DNA of 64,000 bases from Octopus sinensis. Its lineage: Eukaryota. Of the stretch, positions 41,215 through 54,248 are shown piece after piece (the stretch's first letter is position 1; every line of letters begins with the position of its first letter). The notes under the pieces are model-generated. The model worked only from the letters and a program-made list of their open reading frames with translations, did not search any database and was not told the origin of the DNA. Position numbers and translations under genes: made by a program. The stretch lies in assembly GCF_006345805.1 (NCBI RefSeq), contig NW_021837031.1, positions 1 to 64,000 of the forward strand, given 5' to 3'.

Positions 41215-41788
41215 ACGAGGTGTAAGTCGATTACCTCGGCCCCAATGTTCCCCTGATACTTATTTTATCGCCTCCGAACGGAAGACGAAGAATGGGGAAT
41301 GTAACTCAAGATTTGAACTCAGAACGTAAAAAGCCGAGAGAAATGCCACAGAATACTTTTCCTACGGACTAACTATTCTACCTTCAGCTTCTGCTGAAAT
41401 GCAGAAGGTCAGCAATTTTGATTACGGTATGAGTAGATGCCATCGACCCTTGTACAGAACTGGTACTTTATTTTATTGGCCAAGGAGAAATTTTAAGCGT
41501 ACAGGATTTGAACTCAGAACATAAAGAGGCAGGGAATGCTACTAAACATTTTTCCGACGCGTTACCATTTCTATCAGAATAATCCCTTCTACTGTAGGCA
41601 CAAGGCCTGAAAATATGAGGAAGGGGTTAGTCGATTACATCGACCTCAGTGCGTAACTGGTACTTATTTCATCGATCCTGAAAGGATGAAAGGCAAAGTC
41701 GACCTCAGAATTCAGAACGTAGCGGCAGCCGAAATATCACAAAGCATTTTGCGTGGCGTGCAATCGATTCTGCCAAGCTCGCCGCCTT
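41215..41788 (-). mobile_element. Cluster of three degraded group-B SINE copies
   Basis: Repeated gatttgaactcagaac motifs at ~41310 and ~41507, and a head gctcgccgccttg at ~41777. Confidence 0.65.
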
Positions 41789-41825
41789 GCTTCTGTCCGG
41801 ATAATAGTTACAATAGAGCATAACC

Positions 41826-41920
41826 AGGGAGTTGAAGAGATTATGGGAAGCAAAGGTGACAAACATCAGATGATGGAAACCGGAAGTAATCGGAGCACTA
41901 GGCATGGTTTTAAAAGGTGT
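41826..41920 (+). mobile_element. Second RLE-type LINE fragment
   Basis: RELKRLWEAKVTNIR*WKPEVIGALGMVLKG resembles the ELxRLW..V.PVVIGALGxV motif that follows the RLE catalytic residues. Confidence 0.55.
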
Positions 41921-42105
41921 CTTCAATTTCCAGTGTTGAAATATCTGGAAAATCTTGCACTAACCTAAACAGCGCATAACTTGAGAAAAAATACCTATTG
42001 ATATAACGTAGATATAAATCTTAGCTCTTAGGTAGAGACCTGGCTACTAAGTAGACTGTCCAGAAATCAAGCTAAAATATAAGATATAGTAGTAATTTCC
42101 TGTAG

Positions 42106-42425
42106 AGGCGCAACGGCCCAGTGGTTAAGGTAGCGAACTCGTGGTCGGAGGATCGCGGTTTCAATTCCCAGACCGGGCGTTGTGTGTGGTTTTTGAGCGA
42201 AAACACCTAAAGCCCCACGAGGCACCGGTAGGGGGTGGTGGAGACCCCTGTTGTACTCTTTCGCCCCAATTTTTTTCTCACTCCTTCTTCCTGTTTCTTG
42301 AGTAGCGCTGAGATGGACTGACGCTCCGTCCGGCTGGGAGGAACACATTCGCCATAGAAACCGGGAAACCGGGTCCATGAGCCTGGCTAGGCTTGAAAAG
42401 ATCGCATAAATAAATAAAATAAAAT
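42106..42425 (+). mobile_element. Group-C SINE
   Basis: aggcgcaacggcccagtggttaag...ggtttcaattccc...gagcgaaaacacctaaagc...gaaaccgggaaacc...(AAAT)n. Confidence 0.85.
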
Positions 42426-42479
42426 AATCTTCCGCTGCGACTTTTCGACTTGCAAATGTTTTGACGTCAGAATGATTCA

Positions 42480-42735
42480 TTTCCTCATTTTCTTAAGCCT
42501 CCTTCCTTTCCTTAAAGACATCGTCATCACCTTCACCATCACCACGAACATCATCATCACCAACATAATCAAGACAATGATCATCATCATCATCCTCAAC
42601 ATCATCACAATCATCAACGTCGTCGTCGTCCTCATCATAATAGCCATCGCTGATATCGCCATCGCCATCACCGTCATCGCCAAGACCATCACCATTATAA
42701 TCATCATCGTAGTCATCGTGACAACGATTATGTCT
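42480..42735. repeat. Degenerate (CAT)n/(CAC)n low-complexity tract
   Basis: Directly visible. Produces spurious poly-Asp, poly-Met and poly-Ile ORFs. Confidence 0.85.
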
Positions 42736-42886
42736 GCGCACACTCGTTAGTCGCTAATGTCTATAGTCGCTCTCACAATGGTTGTAATTCTTCCTCCATC
42801 TGATGACGCCAATCACCATTTAGTCTATTATTAGTCTATTAGATTATTAGATTATTAGATTTTTGGTCATCATTTGAAATTCGATC

Positions 42887-42976
<90 letters not shown>

Positions 42977-43098
42977 GTGTGTGTACATATATATATATGT
43001 ACATATATATATATATGTGTGTGTGTGTGTGGTGTGTGTGTATCTACGTATAAAGATATGTGTGTATACATGTAAATGTATATATGTGGATTTATATT

Positions 43099-43131
<33 letters not shown>

Positions 43132-43281
43132 TATATATATATATATATCTATATATATATATATATATTATATATATATATGTATGTATGTATATATGTA
43201 TGTAAGTATGTAGGTATGTATGCACGCATATAGATATGTATATATACATACATATATATATATATATACATATAAATGTAA

Positions 43282-43325
<44 letters not shown>

Positions 43326-43367
43326 TATATTATAAATGTAAATATGTATGTGTCTATATAGTACATA

Positions 43368-43401
<34 letters not shown>

Positions 43402-44043
43402 ATATATGTATGTAATCCAAATGTTAGGTTAGCTTCCGGTGAAATATCATTACGGTTCCGTCCTGGTTCTCCTGCTCAGATGATATGTCTATAGATTTCG
43501 TGATTGTAATATCAATAACTACTTTCTTATTGTTGAACTTCATTGATTCGATATTGCTATTCTAAGACAGACGATGAAATCTGGGGATAATAATTTTAAT
43601 ATTTCTATAGTAGCACTTGTATAGATTCCTTTCTTTAATTCGTAATTCTTTCTTTTTTTCTGTTGGCGGTGGAGAGGGAAGGAAAATATTCTTACGTGGG
43701 TTGACACTAAGATCCGTGTAAGCGAAAATCTTATATTTACGGTGTAGCGAGTATTTTGATCTTTGCATAGTATGTCTTCGTTATAATTTCGAAATAGTGG
43801 TTTGAATGTTCTTTGTAGTTCTTGTACTTAGTGGCTGTTGAACCGTTGTATAGTTCTGCGAAGAAGAGAACTTGAGCAGAAAATGAAAGAAAACTGGACA
43901 TCCGATCGATATATACACAGATATCTCAAAACTCAACAGACACAATAATTTTTTAAAGAATTTTGTCTAGAAACAAGATGATGTGTTTTAATGTTTATAA
44001 ATACTTAATCTAGTGCTTAGTAGAACTGCCTTGTGTATAATAT

Positions 44044-44253
44044 GGAGCTGCGTGGTTAATGGTTAGGGGGTTTGGTCATGATTGAATGATAGTGGTTTCG
44101 ATTCCAAAACTAGACGATCCGTTGGGTTCTTGAGCAAAACACTTCATTTCACGTTGCTACAGTCCCCTCAGCTGGCAAAAACTAGTATTCCTGTGACGAA
44201 TATATACATTAGGAATCCGGCCAAACCGACCTCATGAGTCATATAAATGACTC
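44044..44253 (+). mobile_element. Degraded group-C-type SINE directly preceding the 22-bp minisatellite
   Basis: gcgtggttaatggttag (A box), ggtttcgattcc (B box), gttcttgagcaaaacactt central domain, 3' stem-loop gagtcat-ataa-atgactc. Confidence 0.7.
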
Positions 44254-45340
44254 GAGAATGAATTTTATATGACTCGGGAATGATGTTTATATGACTCGGA
44301 AATGAAGTTTATATGACTCGGGAATGAAGTTTATATGACTTGGGAATGAAGTTTATATGATTCAGGAATAAATTTTATATGACTCGGGAATGAAGTTTAT
44401 ATGACTCGAAGATGATGTTTATATGACTCGGGAATAAAGTTTGTATGACTCGGGAATGAAGTTTATATGACTCGGGAATGAAGTTTGTATGACTTGGGAA
44501 TGAAGTTTATATGACTCGGGAATGAAGTTTATATGACTCGGGAATGATGTTTATATGACTCGGGAATGAAGTTTGTATGACTCGGGAATGAAGTTTATAT
44601 GACTCGGGAATGAAGTTTATATGACTCGGGAATGAAGTTTATATGACTCGAGGATGATGTTTATATGACTCGGGAATGAAGTTTATATGACTCGGGAATG
44701 AAGTTTATATGACTCTGGAATGAAGTTTATATGACTTGGGAATGAAGTTTATATGACTCGGGAATGAAGTTTATATGACTTGGGAATGAAGTTTATATGA
44801 CTCGGGAATGAAGTTTATATGATTTGAGAATGAAGTTTATATGACTCGGGAATGAAGTTTGTATGACTCGGGAATGAAGTTTATATGACTCGGGAATGAA
44901 GTTTATATGACTCGGGAATGAAGTTTATATGACTCGAGAATTAAGTTTATATGATTCAGGAATAAAGTTTATATAACTCGAGAATGATGTTTATATGACT
45001 CGGGAATAAAGTTTATATGACTCGGGAATGAAGTTTGTATGACTCGGGAATGAAGTTTATATGACTCGGGAATGAAGTTTATATGACTCGGGAATGAAGT
45101 TTATATGATTCCGGAATAAAGTTTATATGACTCGGGAATGAAGTTTATATGACTCGGGAATTAAGTTTATATGACTCGGGAATGAAGTTTATATGACTCG
45201 GGAATGATGTTTATATGACTCGGGAATGATGTTTATATGACTCGGGAATGAAGTTTATATGACTTGGGAATGATGTTTATATGACTCGGGAATAAAGTTT
45301 TTATAACTCGGGAATGAAGTTTTTATGACTCGAGAATGAT
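44247..45340 (+). repeat. 22-bp minisatellite, ~50 copies, consensus ATGACTCGGGAATGAAGTTTAT
   Basis: Directly visible contiguous array with point variants and no spacers. Confidence 0.97.
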
Positions 45341-46584
45341 CTAGTGTATAATACATTAACAAGTCTGAAGTACCCAGTAGCTTTCTGCACAGATAATGAG
45401 AGACATCAATTTACCTTTGAGATAGTTGTTGTGTATATTGGGATATCAGATAAATAAGTTCGTTTTCTTTTTCCCATTTATTATAATTCTTTCCACATTT
45501 ATTTGAATTAACACGAAAACTATTTTTCTTTATCGTAATTTTTTTTTCTTTTTATATTTCATTTCATCCTCTACAAATTTAATTTATCATTTTCAAAATT
45601 GAAATAAATTTTACCTTTTTTTTCAGACATATGACAACGGATTGCCAAGTAGTAGAAATTTATCGAACAAACCATTGGATCTATCTGTTTATATTTCGAA
45701 TACTATCGCATTTAGCCATTGCATTCTATCGCGCAACATGAGATTACCTTATAGATTTACGTTGCTTTGGTTTAGGAATAGGAAGTAATACTAAAATGAT
45801 TTCTATGATAATTACAAAACAAATCCATGGCCTTAAAATAATAATGCACCTGTGAACTATTTGAAATTAATTAAACACGTATAAAATTGTAATTAGCTCA
45901 CATACGCAGGGACAGCTCACATCTGTAGATACCCCCACCCCTTCCGATATTATGTTATTGTATTGTTGAATGGACGGGATCTTAGTGAAGTAGCAAGCCT
46001 TTATTCAGATACTTTCACGAGACAAGCTATAGGATAAAAACAAAAGCGGATTCCAAACCGGGAGAGACATTACGTTCGGAAAACCGGATATAAATTACCT
46101 AAGAACTTAGAGATAATAACTAACCAGTAAATGATATCGAAGGACTAATCCGTTTCTCGATAATTATTAATCAGAAATTCATTAACTGTTAGCTATTAAC
46201 AATTGGCTGCCTAAGAGTTATTACCTAGTCAAGAATTCATTAGCTAGCTAATAGGGAGTTATTAGTCATAAGCCCTTTATTAATTATCTGTTTTCCCAGT
46301 TAATCGCTATTCCCTAGCATTACATATATTACATTTGTTTACTTTATGTTTGGGTGTATGTATAAAAGTACAATTTCAGACATATAATAAACAAAGTGTG
46401 TGTATGTGTGTGTGAGACATATACGTGCATACATATATTTCTGCATGCGTATGTCTGTGTATATATATATGTATTTATGCTAGTATGTATGCCTATTTGT
46501 ATCTATCTACCGTTAGTCTGTTTGCCTATACGCCTATCTGACAACACACGCAAACGGACACACACACACACACATCTATATATG

Positions 46585-46637
<53 letters not shown>

Positions 46638-46798
46638 AATATATATATATATATATACATATATAAATATATATGTATGTTGTATCTATCTATCTATCAA
46701 TCCATCTAGCTATCTATCTCTCTCTATATATATACATATATAAATATATATGTATGTATGTATGTATGTATCTATCTACCTATCTATCAATCAATCCA

Positions 46799-46866
<68 letters not shown>

Positions 46867-46893
46867 ATATATGTATGTATGAATGTATGTATT

Positions 46894-46936
<43 letters not shown>

Positions 46937-46993
46937 CGTATACGTAGCACTCATGGATATATGCATGCATATATGTATGCATGTATGTATGTA

Positions 46994-47028
<35 letters not shown>

Positions 47029-47416
47029 GTTTGTATGTGTGCATCTATGTATGTATCTATGTACGTATGTACGCGTGTACTTACGTATGTATATATAAAA
47101 TCTTAAAATCTTATAAACATCATGCTTCTCATTAGTGTGTTCGATATTGTTTATTAACGAGAAAGCTCCTTCATTAATGATTTACGAACTTGTCCAGTTG
47201 GTTCTCTATTGTTGGCCATTCTAGCTTCATAGAAAATCACGTTGCCCAAAGGATTTCGAATCAACGTGGTTGATATTTGCAAACAGTTTCCTTGATTGAA
47301 GTATTAAAGAGGATGAGCATATGCGAAGGAGATCTGACTTTATTATTCAATATTTAAGATAAACACGATTACACGATTGGCTGGGTGTTTGAATCTATGT
47401 TTACGCGCTCGCGTAA

Positions 47417-47448
<32 letters not shown>

Positions 47449-47615
47449 ACATACACACTCAGAGGCACACGCCCACACACGTATATTCTTATGTATGCGT
47501 CTATGTACATGTATATATACGTGTATATATGTATATGTGTACTTATATGTACGCATATGCATGCAGACACACACACACACATATATTTATTTATTTATCT
47601 ATCTATATATACTGT

Positions 47616-47657
<42 letters not shown>

Positions 47658-48839
47658 TGTGTGTGTGTGTGTGTGTTTCTGCTGTTCTAGCTGAGATTTT
47701 CTGAGATCAATTACAGATGAAAGTCATCTAATTACCGTGAATGTTTGTTATATTTCTCCTAACGCCTGAGTAATCTTTATCGTTACACGCTATTCTTCAT
47801 ACCGTTTTACCCTCACATCAGAAGACATCAATGCTTCGTGCAGTATTTCTATAGTCCTCGGAGACATTCTCAAACTACAGTATGCTCTTGTCCAGCGAAG
47901 TTACATGATGGAGATATCTTTAAAGTTGCTTTTATTCCCTGGCAGCGCACTTTTAAGTTATGTTAGAGCATGATTTTCCATAGAATTATTTATTTGATTC
48001 CCAATACAAAGTCACCATTTCCATTCGTAGATTTGCTTCATATTCTAATCTAAATAGAGGTTTTCATATAAAAAGATTTTGAATGAGTAGTTCTAGAAAA
48101 TTGATTCCTTAAACGTCTTTTGCCTTTTTCTAACGTTTATTCTTACAATTTATCTGAATTCACATAGTCTCATTCTTGAAAGATAACTTTTAATACTACT
48201 TGTTAACATTTTATGAAAGCGAGTTGATTATCACAAAATTATATTCATGTTTTTACTGATATAAAGATTTTTAACTATGTATGAATATCCATTCTGTTTG
48301 TATATTGAATCTTGCTCTGCAAGCGTCTGTTAACCACATGGTTTCCATTCCAAGGACATCTAAACCAAATACAGGTTTTATCATAAAGATGATGTTCAAC
48401 GTGTATTCATACTGTTTATATCGGTTACTTCCGTACAGAAGGTTTGCACATCAGGCACCAAGATGTCTCCAATCATCATGGTTTGAGCTTAATTGCTTGA
48501 ATCTTCCCCGGTGACGTTAAGTTGCTTTAGAGCTTCTTCGAAAGTAATGCACCATGTCTTTTTGTGAATTCCTTTCTGCTGTCGTGTTTCTGGTGTTTAC
48601 CCATTCTGTAGCTGTCTTAAGTATTCATTCTTCAAGCAGTCGGAAAATATGGTCTGCTAGTCTCACAATTATTTTCTCCACAATATACTATATGTTGCGC
48701 CGATTGACTCTTCTCTTATATTTCAAATAGAATATATCCAGGTCTACAGTGGGCTTTTTAAAACTATAGGGCGTCATGGAATGTGTTTTGCCGTGGTAAT
48801 GATAGATGTTTTCCTTGCTATGATGTGCATCAAACAACA

Positions 48840-49090
48840 TTAAAATACAACTTGGCACATCATTGCCCAACCCTCTAAAGACATCCTTACAACAGTAAAG
48901 AAAAGAAACCTGACGCGGTATAGTCATATAAAACGATGCAGTGGCCTTGCAACAACCATTCTTCAAAGAACTATATTAGTGGAAAGACGAAAAAATGGAC
49001 GAAGGATATATGCACAAACAACGTCAAGGAATGGTCAGCCCAAAACACCTGAAAACCTGAGCGTCACAGACGGAATAAATGTGACCCTCG
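48840..49090 (+). mobile_element. Degraded RTE-clade LINE 3' fragment
   Basis: Translation ...DILTTVKKRNLTRYSHIKRCSGLATTILQRTILVERR... then NNVKEWS after a frameshift. Resembles the RTE C-terminal pattern KxRKLxWYGHxxRxxGLAKTILQG...WxDNxKEW. Confidence 0.6.
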
Positions 49091-49556
49091 GCTCAAACGG
49101 AAGTTGAGAGTTCAAGAGATGAGCTACATTTCACTTTACAGATATTTGGTTGTTAGTCAGTAACAGGTTTAGTTATCGCGTAGACTTTCGTTCTTCGATC
49201 AAAATCATGTATCAATATTATATGGAACTAAATCTTAGTTCAAGTAGTTCTATATTATATACGTATTGACTACTTATTGATTACTCGGTAGATAATCTTA
49301 ATTCCTCAACTGTGATTTTCTCAGTTCAGCTGTTCTTCACCGTGCACAGTTGGCGTACGATACACACTTAACGGTAAAATGTCTAGCACTAAGAGGATTA
49401 GTAACAAATCACCTACTTTAGAATGAGGAGACATAAAGCTAGTCTACAGCTGCTAACTTTCCCATAACCATAGAGTGTCCACTGTAGAATCGACATTGAA
49501 ACTGAAGCGCGACGTGAATAAAATATTACTTCTCTCGGACGATGAGATATAAATAT

Positions 49557-49890
49557 GCGCAGGAGTGGGTGTGGTAAGTAGCTGGGTTACCAGCCATATG
49601 GTTCCGGGTTCAGTCCCACTGCGTGGGACATTGAGCAAGTGTCTTCGGGCCGACCAAAGCCTTGTGGGTGGATTTAGTAGCCGGAAACTGAAAGAAGACT
49701 ATCGTATTCGTATATGTTTGTGTGTACGTGTTTGTCACCCCAACATCACTTGACAGCCGATGTTGGTGTATTTACGTTCCCGTAATATAGCGATTCGGCA
49801 AAAACTCTCGCTAGAATAAGTACTAGGCTTACAAAGAATAAGTCCTGTGGTCGATTTGCTTGACTAAAGGCGATGCACCAGCATGGCAGA
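49557..49890 (+). mobile_element. Group-A SINE, diverged
   Basis: gcgcaggagtgggtgtggtaagtagc...gactaaaggcgatgcaccagcatggc. Confidence 0.8.
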
Positions 49891-49999
49891 AAACCAACAA
49901 TTCCAGGGAATTGAGAACATCCCTTTCTTAGTGGTAAGACCATAGCAGATCTTCTTCTAGCATAATGGATGTCTACTTACAGGCCATGCCTCTTATGTG

Positions 50000-50052
<53 letters not shown>

Positions 50053-50090
50053 TATAGTTTATTATGTATATGCATGTATATATATATATA

Positions 50091-50136
<46 letters not shown>

Positions 50137-50161
50137 GTATATATATATATGTATATATCTG

Positions 50162-50194
<33 letters not shown>

Positions 50195-50864
50195 GTCTAT
50201 ATATATATGTATTATATATATATATGTATATATATATGTTCTGCACTCACAGGTCATTCTTCGACACCCATCCCTCTCCTCTCTGATTCCTTCTTTTCTC
50301 TCTTCTCTTCTCTTTGTTGCGTTTTGTCCCCCTTTTCTCTCTCTCTCTTTCTTTTCTTTTCCCTCTTCTCTGTCACGTGACTGTTGGCCGAAATCTGCCT
50401 TTCAGCTCCTGACCCTCGTCGTGTTAACATCGTTGTTCTTCGTCCGCCGCTATAAAGGCTTTTTCCAATGCGCCAGAGAAAAAATTTGGTTGCTTGTTAT
50501 CAGTCGTAAGACACTTGTTGTTTTCACCGTTAATGCTTCTGTATTTCATGTTTCTGTATTCCATTGGTGTTTTTTTTTTTTTTATATCTGTCCCTTTGCT
50601 GTCCTGGTGTTCGTATGCATTCGATCCTTCTTCCAGGAAATCTACGCTTCCAGCTTAGTTTTTCTTGGAGGGCTGGCCGTGATCTAGTAATCTCAAGATT
50701 AATCAGCCGAAATTACTACGATGATCCGGTTCTTGACTGAAGACTGAGGGGTTCGAATGTCCTGTCCATGTTTATTGTATCGTCTTCTATGAGTTATACG
50801 TTCTTGTCCATGTTGTATTTTTCTACATACCTTAATATATATATATATATGTATATATATACAC

Positions 50865-51170
50865 GAGCATGGCTCAGTGGTTAAAGCGTCGAGCTTACGA
50901 TCGTCAGGTTGTGAGCTCGAATCCCAGACCGGGCTGCGTGTTGTGTTCTTGAGCAAGGCACTTTATTTCACGTTGCTCCAGTTCACTCAACTGTAGAAAT
51001 GAGTTGCGACATCCCTTGGATAACATCAGTGGTGTGGAGAGGGGAGGCTGGTATGCTTGGGCGACTGCTGGTCTTCCATAAACTACCTTGCCCGGACTTG
51101 TGCCTGGGAGGGTAACTTTCTAGGTGCAATTCCATGGTCATTCATGACCGAAGGGGGTCTTTACCCTTTA
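50865..51170 (+). mobile_element. tRNA-derived SINE with a different 3' half (group D)
   Basis: gcatggctcagtggttaaag...gctcgaatccc...gttcttgagcaaggcacttt. The 3' half matches 31340-31505. Confidence 0.8.
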
Positions 51171-51399
51171 TACACGAGCAAAATGGTCCCCCGTCCAATG
51201 GACGGTGCTCAATCATATCTGCTGAATAAAAAACAATCAGTGTTCTCTTTTCATTAAAAATAATTAAGTATGCCTTTATTTCAATAAAATTTTTGGTTTT
51301 GTTAAAAGAAGTTAAGGCAAAAAAAAATAATAACTTCTTGAGAAACCAAATAGTCTTTCCTTCCTTCATGCCAAGTTTGAAGAAAATATCTCTTTTGCA

Positions 51400-51730
51400 T
51401 CTCACTTTTTGGTTCTCTTAAATATACTGCATTTTGTGGCATTATTTCAAGCCAGCCACCTATTTTGCGCAAGCTGCACGTGAATTTTTCTCGCGTACGC
51501 ATAGTATCAATCGCAACAGATGATGTACTTGCACGTACAAATGCACGTTCCCGCGGCTTTATGGATCGCATTCTCACATGGAATCGATTTTTGTAATTTC
51601 TTCAAGACTTATACATGCCCTGATACCGTCGGTATCTACATATCAAATTTGAGCGCAATCGGATGGATGATACCCGAGATCCTAGAAAACACAGACAGGC
51701 AGACAGAACGGATTTTATTTAACATATATA
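51400..51730 (+). mobile_element. Possible non-autonomous Helitron/Helentron-associated element
   Basis: aaatttgagcgcaatcggatgg...gagatcctag...(CAGA)-type microsatellite...ggattttattt then (TA)n, a layout resembling DINE-1/HINE-like elements. Assignment is by pattern recall only. Confidence 0.4.
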
Positions 51731-51812
51731 TATATATATGTATATAAAGATATATATGTAATTTTCACCTTCTGAGTTCTGCCTCTGGCGTGGTGTTATA
51801 GTAAAAAATACA

Positions 51813-52220
51813 TAAGGCGAACTGGCAGAATCGTTAGCACGCCAAGCGAAATGCTTACTGGTATTTCGTCTGCCGCTACGTTCTGAGTTCAAATTCCGCC
51901 GAGGTCGACTTTGCCTTTCATCCTTTCGGGATCGATTAAATAAGTACCAGTTACGCACTGGGGTCGATATAATCCACTTAATCCGTTTGTCTGTCCTTGT
52001 TTGTCCCCTCTGTGTTTAGCCCCTTTTGGGTAGTAAAGAAATAGGTATTTCGTCTGCCGCTACGTTCTGACTTCATATTCTGCCGAGGTCGACTTTGCCT
52101 TTCATCCTTTCGGGGTCGATTAAATAAGTACCAGTTTCGCACTGGGGTCCATGTAATTGACTTAGTCCCTTTGTCCTTGTTTGTCCCCTCCATGATTCGC
52201 CCCTTGTGGGCAATAAAGAA
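51813..52220 (+). mobile_element. Group-B SINE, dimeric form
   Basis: Head at 51813. Second unit starts ggtatttcgtc at 52044 and ends gtgggcaataaagaa. Confidence 0.9.
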
Positions 52221-53191
52221 TTAAATATATAAGAAGGAACATGCACATAAAATATATATTGTCTGTATATAGTATAACATTAATCTGGGCAGTAACATGT
52301 GTATATGCAAAGGCATATTCATGTCTATCTGCGTTCATATATGCGTTACTCTGGTCGAGACGTGACACAGATCGAAGAAAAGAAATGAAACAGAGATGGG
52401 AACTTTGAAACCGTGGTTGAGCCTGACAGCGTGTTTTCCCAACAATCAGGAGCACTAATATTACGACCATCAACATTATCCCCACCATTATCACCTCTGC
52501 CACCACCACACCATCACAGCATTTACCATACTTTGGTTCCTTTTTTTTTTTCTGTCAGGTGTCCTTTGATAGGTTTTTAAAGGTGATGTTACACCATAAA
52601 ATTGTGATTAGACGGAAGTCCGAAGAGGAAATTAAAACTGCGACCCCGGGAGCTGACCTCTATTTCACAAATAATGAAAGAAAATAGGAAACAAACGCTA
52701 ATCGATTTAATCACTCTGGTTATCATATGCAATGTTCAGGCTGTTTATTGCTTTCATTCTGTTGTTTTTTTTTTTTTTTTGTATTTTTGCTTTTGTGGTT
52801 TAGTGATTTTGTATTTTGTTTTCCAGTAGAATATATAATGGTGCTAGGAATGATTGCTAGAAAATTAGAAGTATCCGCATAAAATACAACTTAAACACAC
52901 ATACACACACACGTACACACACATGTAAAAGTATGCACACACACCTACATATACAGACGCACGCACATGTACACGGATGTGCAGACACATACAAACACAC
53001 ACAAGCATGCGCACACAGCACTCATTAGAGTGTATAGACGACGAACAGTTATCTCATTCTCTATCTATATGCATATGTGTACACATAGACACACTCATGC
53101 ATAAGTACATCATTGTGTATGTACATATATGTATATATCGCTCTCCCTTTTTCTCCCCTCTCTCTATTTCTCTATATATTCATACATGTAT

Positions 53192-53258
<67 letters not shown>

Positions 53259-53386
53259 CAACTTAAACGCGCACACACACGCGCGACCCCACTGGCATAT
53301 ATATATATGAGGTTGTCCATAAAGCTAAGCACTTTATGAGCGTAAAACAATTGGTCACTCTATGACCGGTCATATATTGGGTCATC

Positions 53387-53619
53387 TAAGGCGGCGAGCT
53401 GGCAGAAACGTTAGCACGCCTGGTGAGATACGTTGCCGTATTTCGTCTGTCGTTACGTTCCGAGTTCAAATTCCGCCAAGATCGACTTTGCCTTTCATCC
53501 TTTCGGGGTCGATAAATTAAGTACCAGTTACGCACTGGGGTCGATGTAATCGACTTAATCCCTTTGTCTGTCCTTGTTTGTCCCCTCTGTGTTTAGCCCC
53601 TTGTGGGTAGTAAAGAAAT
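53387..53619 (+). mobile_element. Monomeric group-B SINE with 15-bp TSD, inserted at a mariner terminus
   Basis: ATATATTGGGTCATC occurs identically at 53372-53386 and 53620-53634. Confidence 0.92.
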
Positions 53620-53621
53620 AT

Positions 53622-53925
53622 ATATTGGGTCATCCCATAAATACTGCGGGGTTTTTTTTTGGGGGGGGGGGTAATTCATTAATTTTTCAAAATTAAGATA
53701 AACAAAGTTCTTTTTAAGCCTAAAATATAATGTCCTTCATTCCCTGCAATGCTCTCCCATTTATATGTTAGACATGCAACGATCCTCTTTCAAAATTCAC
53801 TTGTCCGTGATGAAAAAGACCCCTCCAGTACTGTTCTGACCCCGTCTACAAAATTCATATTTTTTCCATCCAAGTGATTTTGAAGAAAGCGAAATAAATG
53901 ATAATCAGATGGGGCAATATCCGAG
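53622..53925 (-). mobile_element. Mariner 3'-end fragment (same family as 29278-30170)
   Basis: Terminus TA|TTGGGTCATCCCATAAATACTGCGG. Minus-strand translation SDIAPSDYHLFRFLQNHLDGKN...VRTVLE...KW...NEGHYIL parallels the 29.3-29.6 kb copy. Confidence 0.8.
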
Positions 53926-54029
53926 GCTATAGTAGAAGACACTTGCCCAAGCTGCCACGCAATGGAAATGAACCCGGAACCATGTAGTTGGTAAGCAATC
54001 TACTTACCACAGCCATGTACACAAGATTT

Positions 54030-54188
54030 TGTATTCTCACTCTGTTTATTTTCTCTTATTCCTTTCTGTTGAAGAGCGTATGCTCGAAACGTAAAAGACT
54101 TTCTCACTTTCCCGAGCGTCAGACCAATACACCTGCTCGTTGTTCATACACTTGTCATCGTCTTTTGTTTTTTCTGTAAATTTCAACT
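54030..54188 (+). mobile_element. PLE-terminal-repeat-like element with hammerhead-like core (subfamily 2)
   Basis: ctttCTGTTGA-a-GAGCgtatGCTC-GAAACGTA-aaag at 54066-54091. Confidence 0.55.
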
Positions 54189-54198
54189 ATATATACCT

Positions 54199-54217
54199 AT
54201 GTATGTATGTATGTATG

Positions 54218-54248
<31 letters not shown>

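Noticed and set aside
42472-42750. Asp-rich acidic (biomineralisation-like) or hydrophobic protein
   Set aside because: All frames are open because of degenerate (CAT)n repeats; no splice or start context.
43453-43471. Collagen-like GEP-GRN on the minus strand
   Set aside because: Only two triplets, no polypyrimidine tract, and the length and phase do not preserve Gly-X-Y register.
44247-45340. CRISPR array
   Set aside because: Units are contiguous with no unique spacers, there are no cas genes, and the context is eukaryotic. It is a minisatellite.
50690-50790. Additional hammerhead-like motif (ctgaagactgaggggttcgaatgtc)
   Set aside because: GAAA is replaced by GAAT and there is no convincing stem II.
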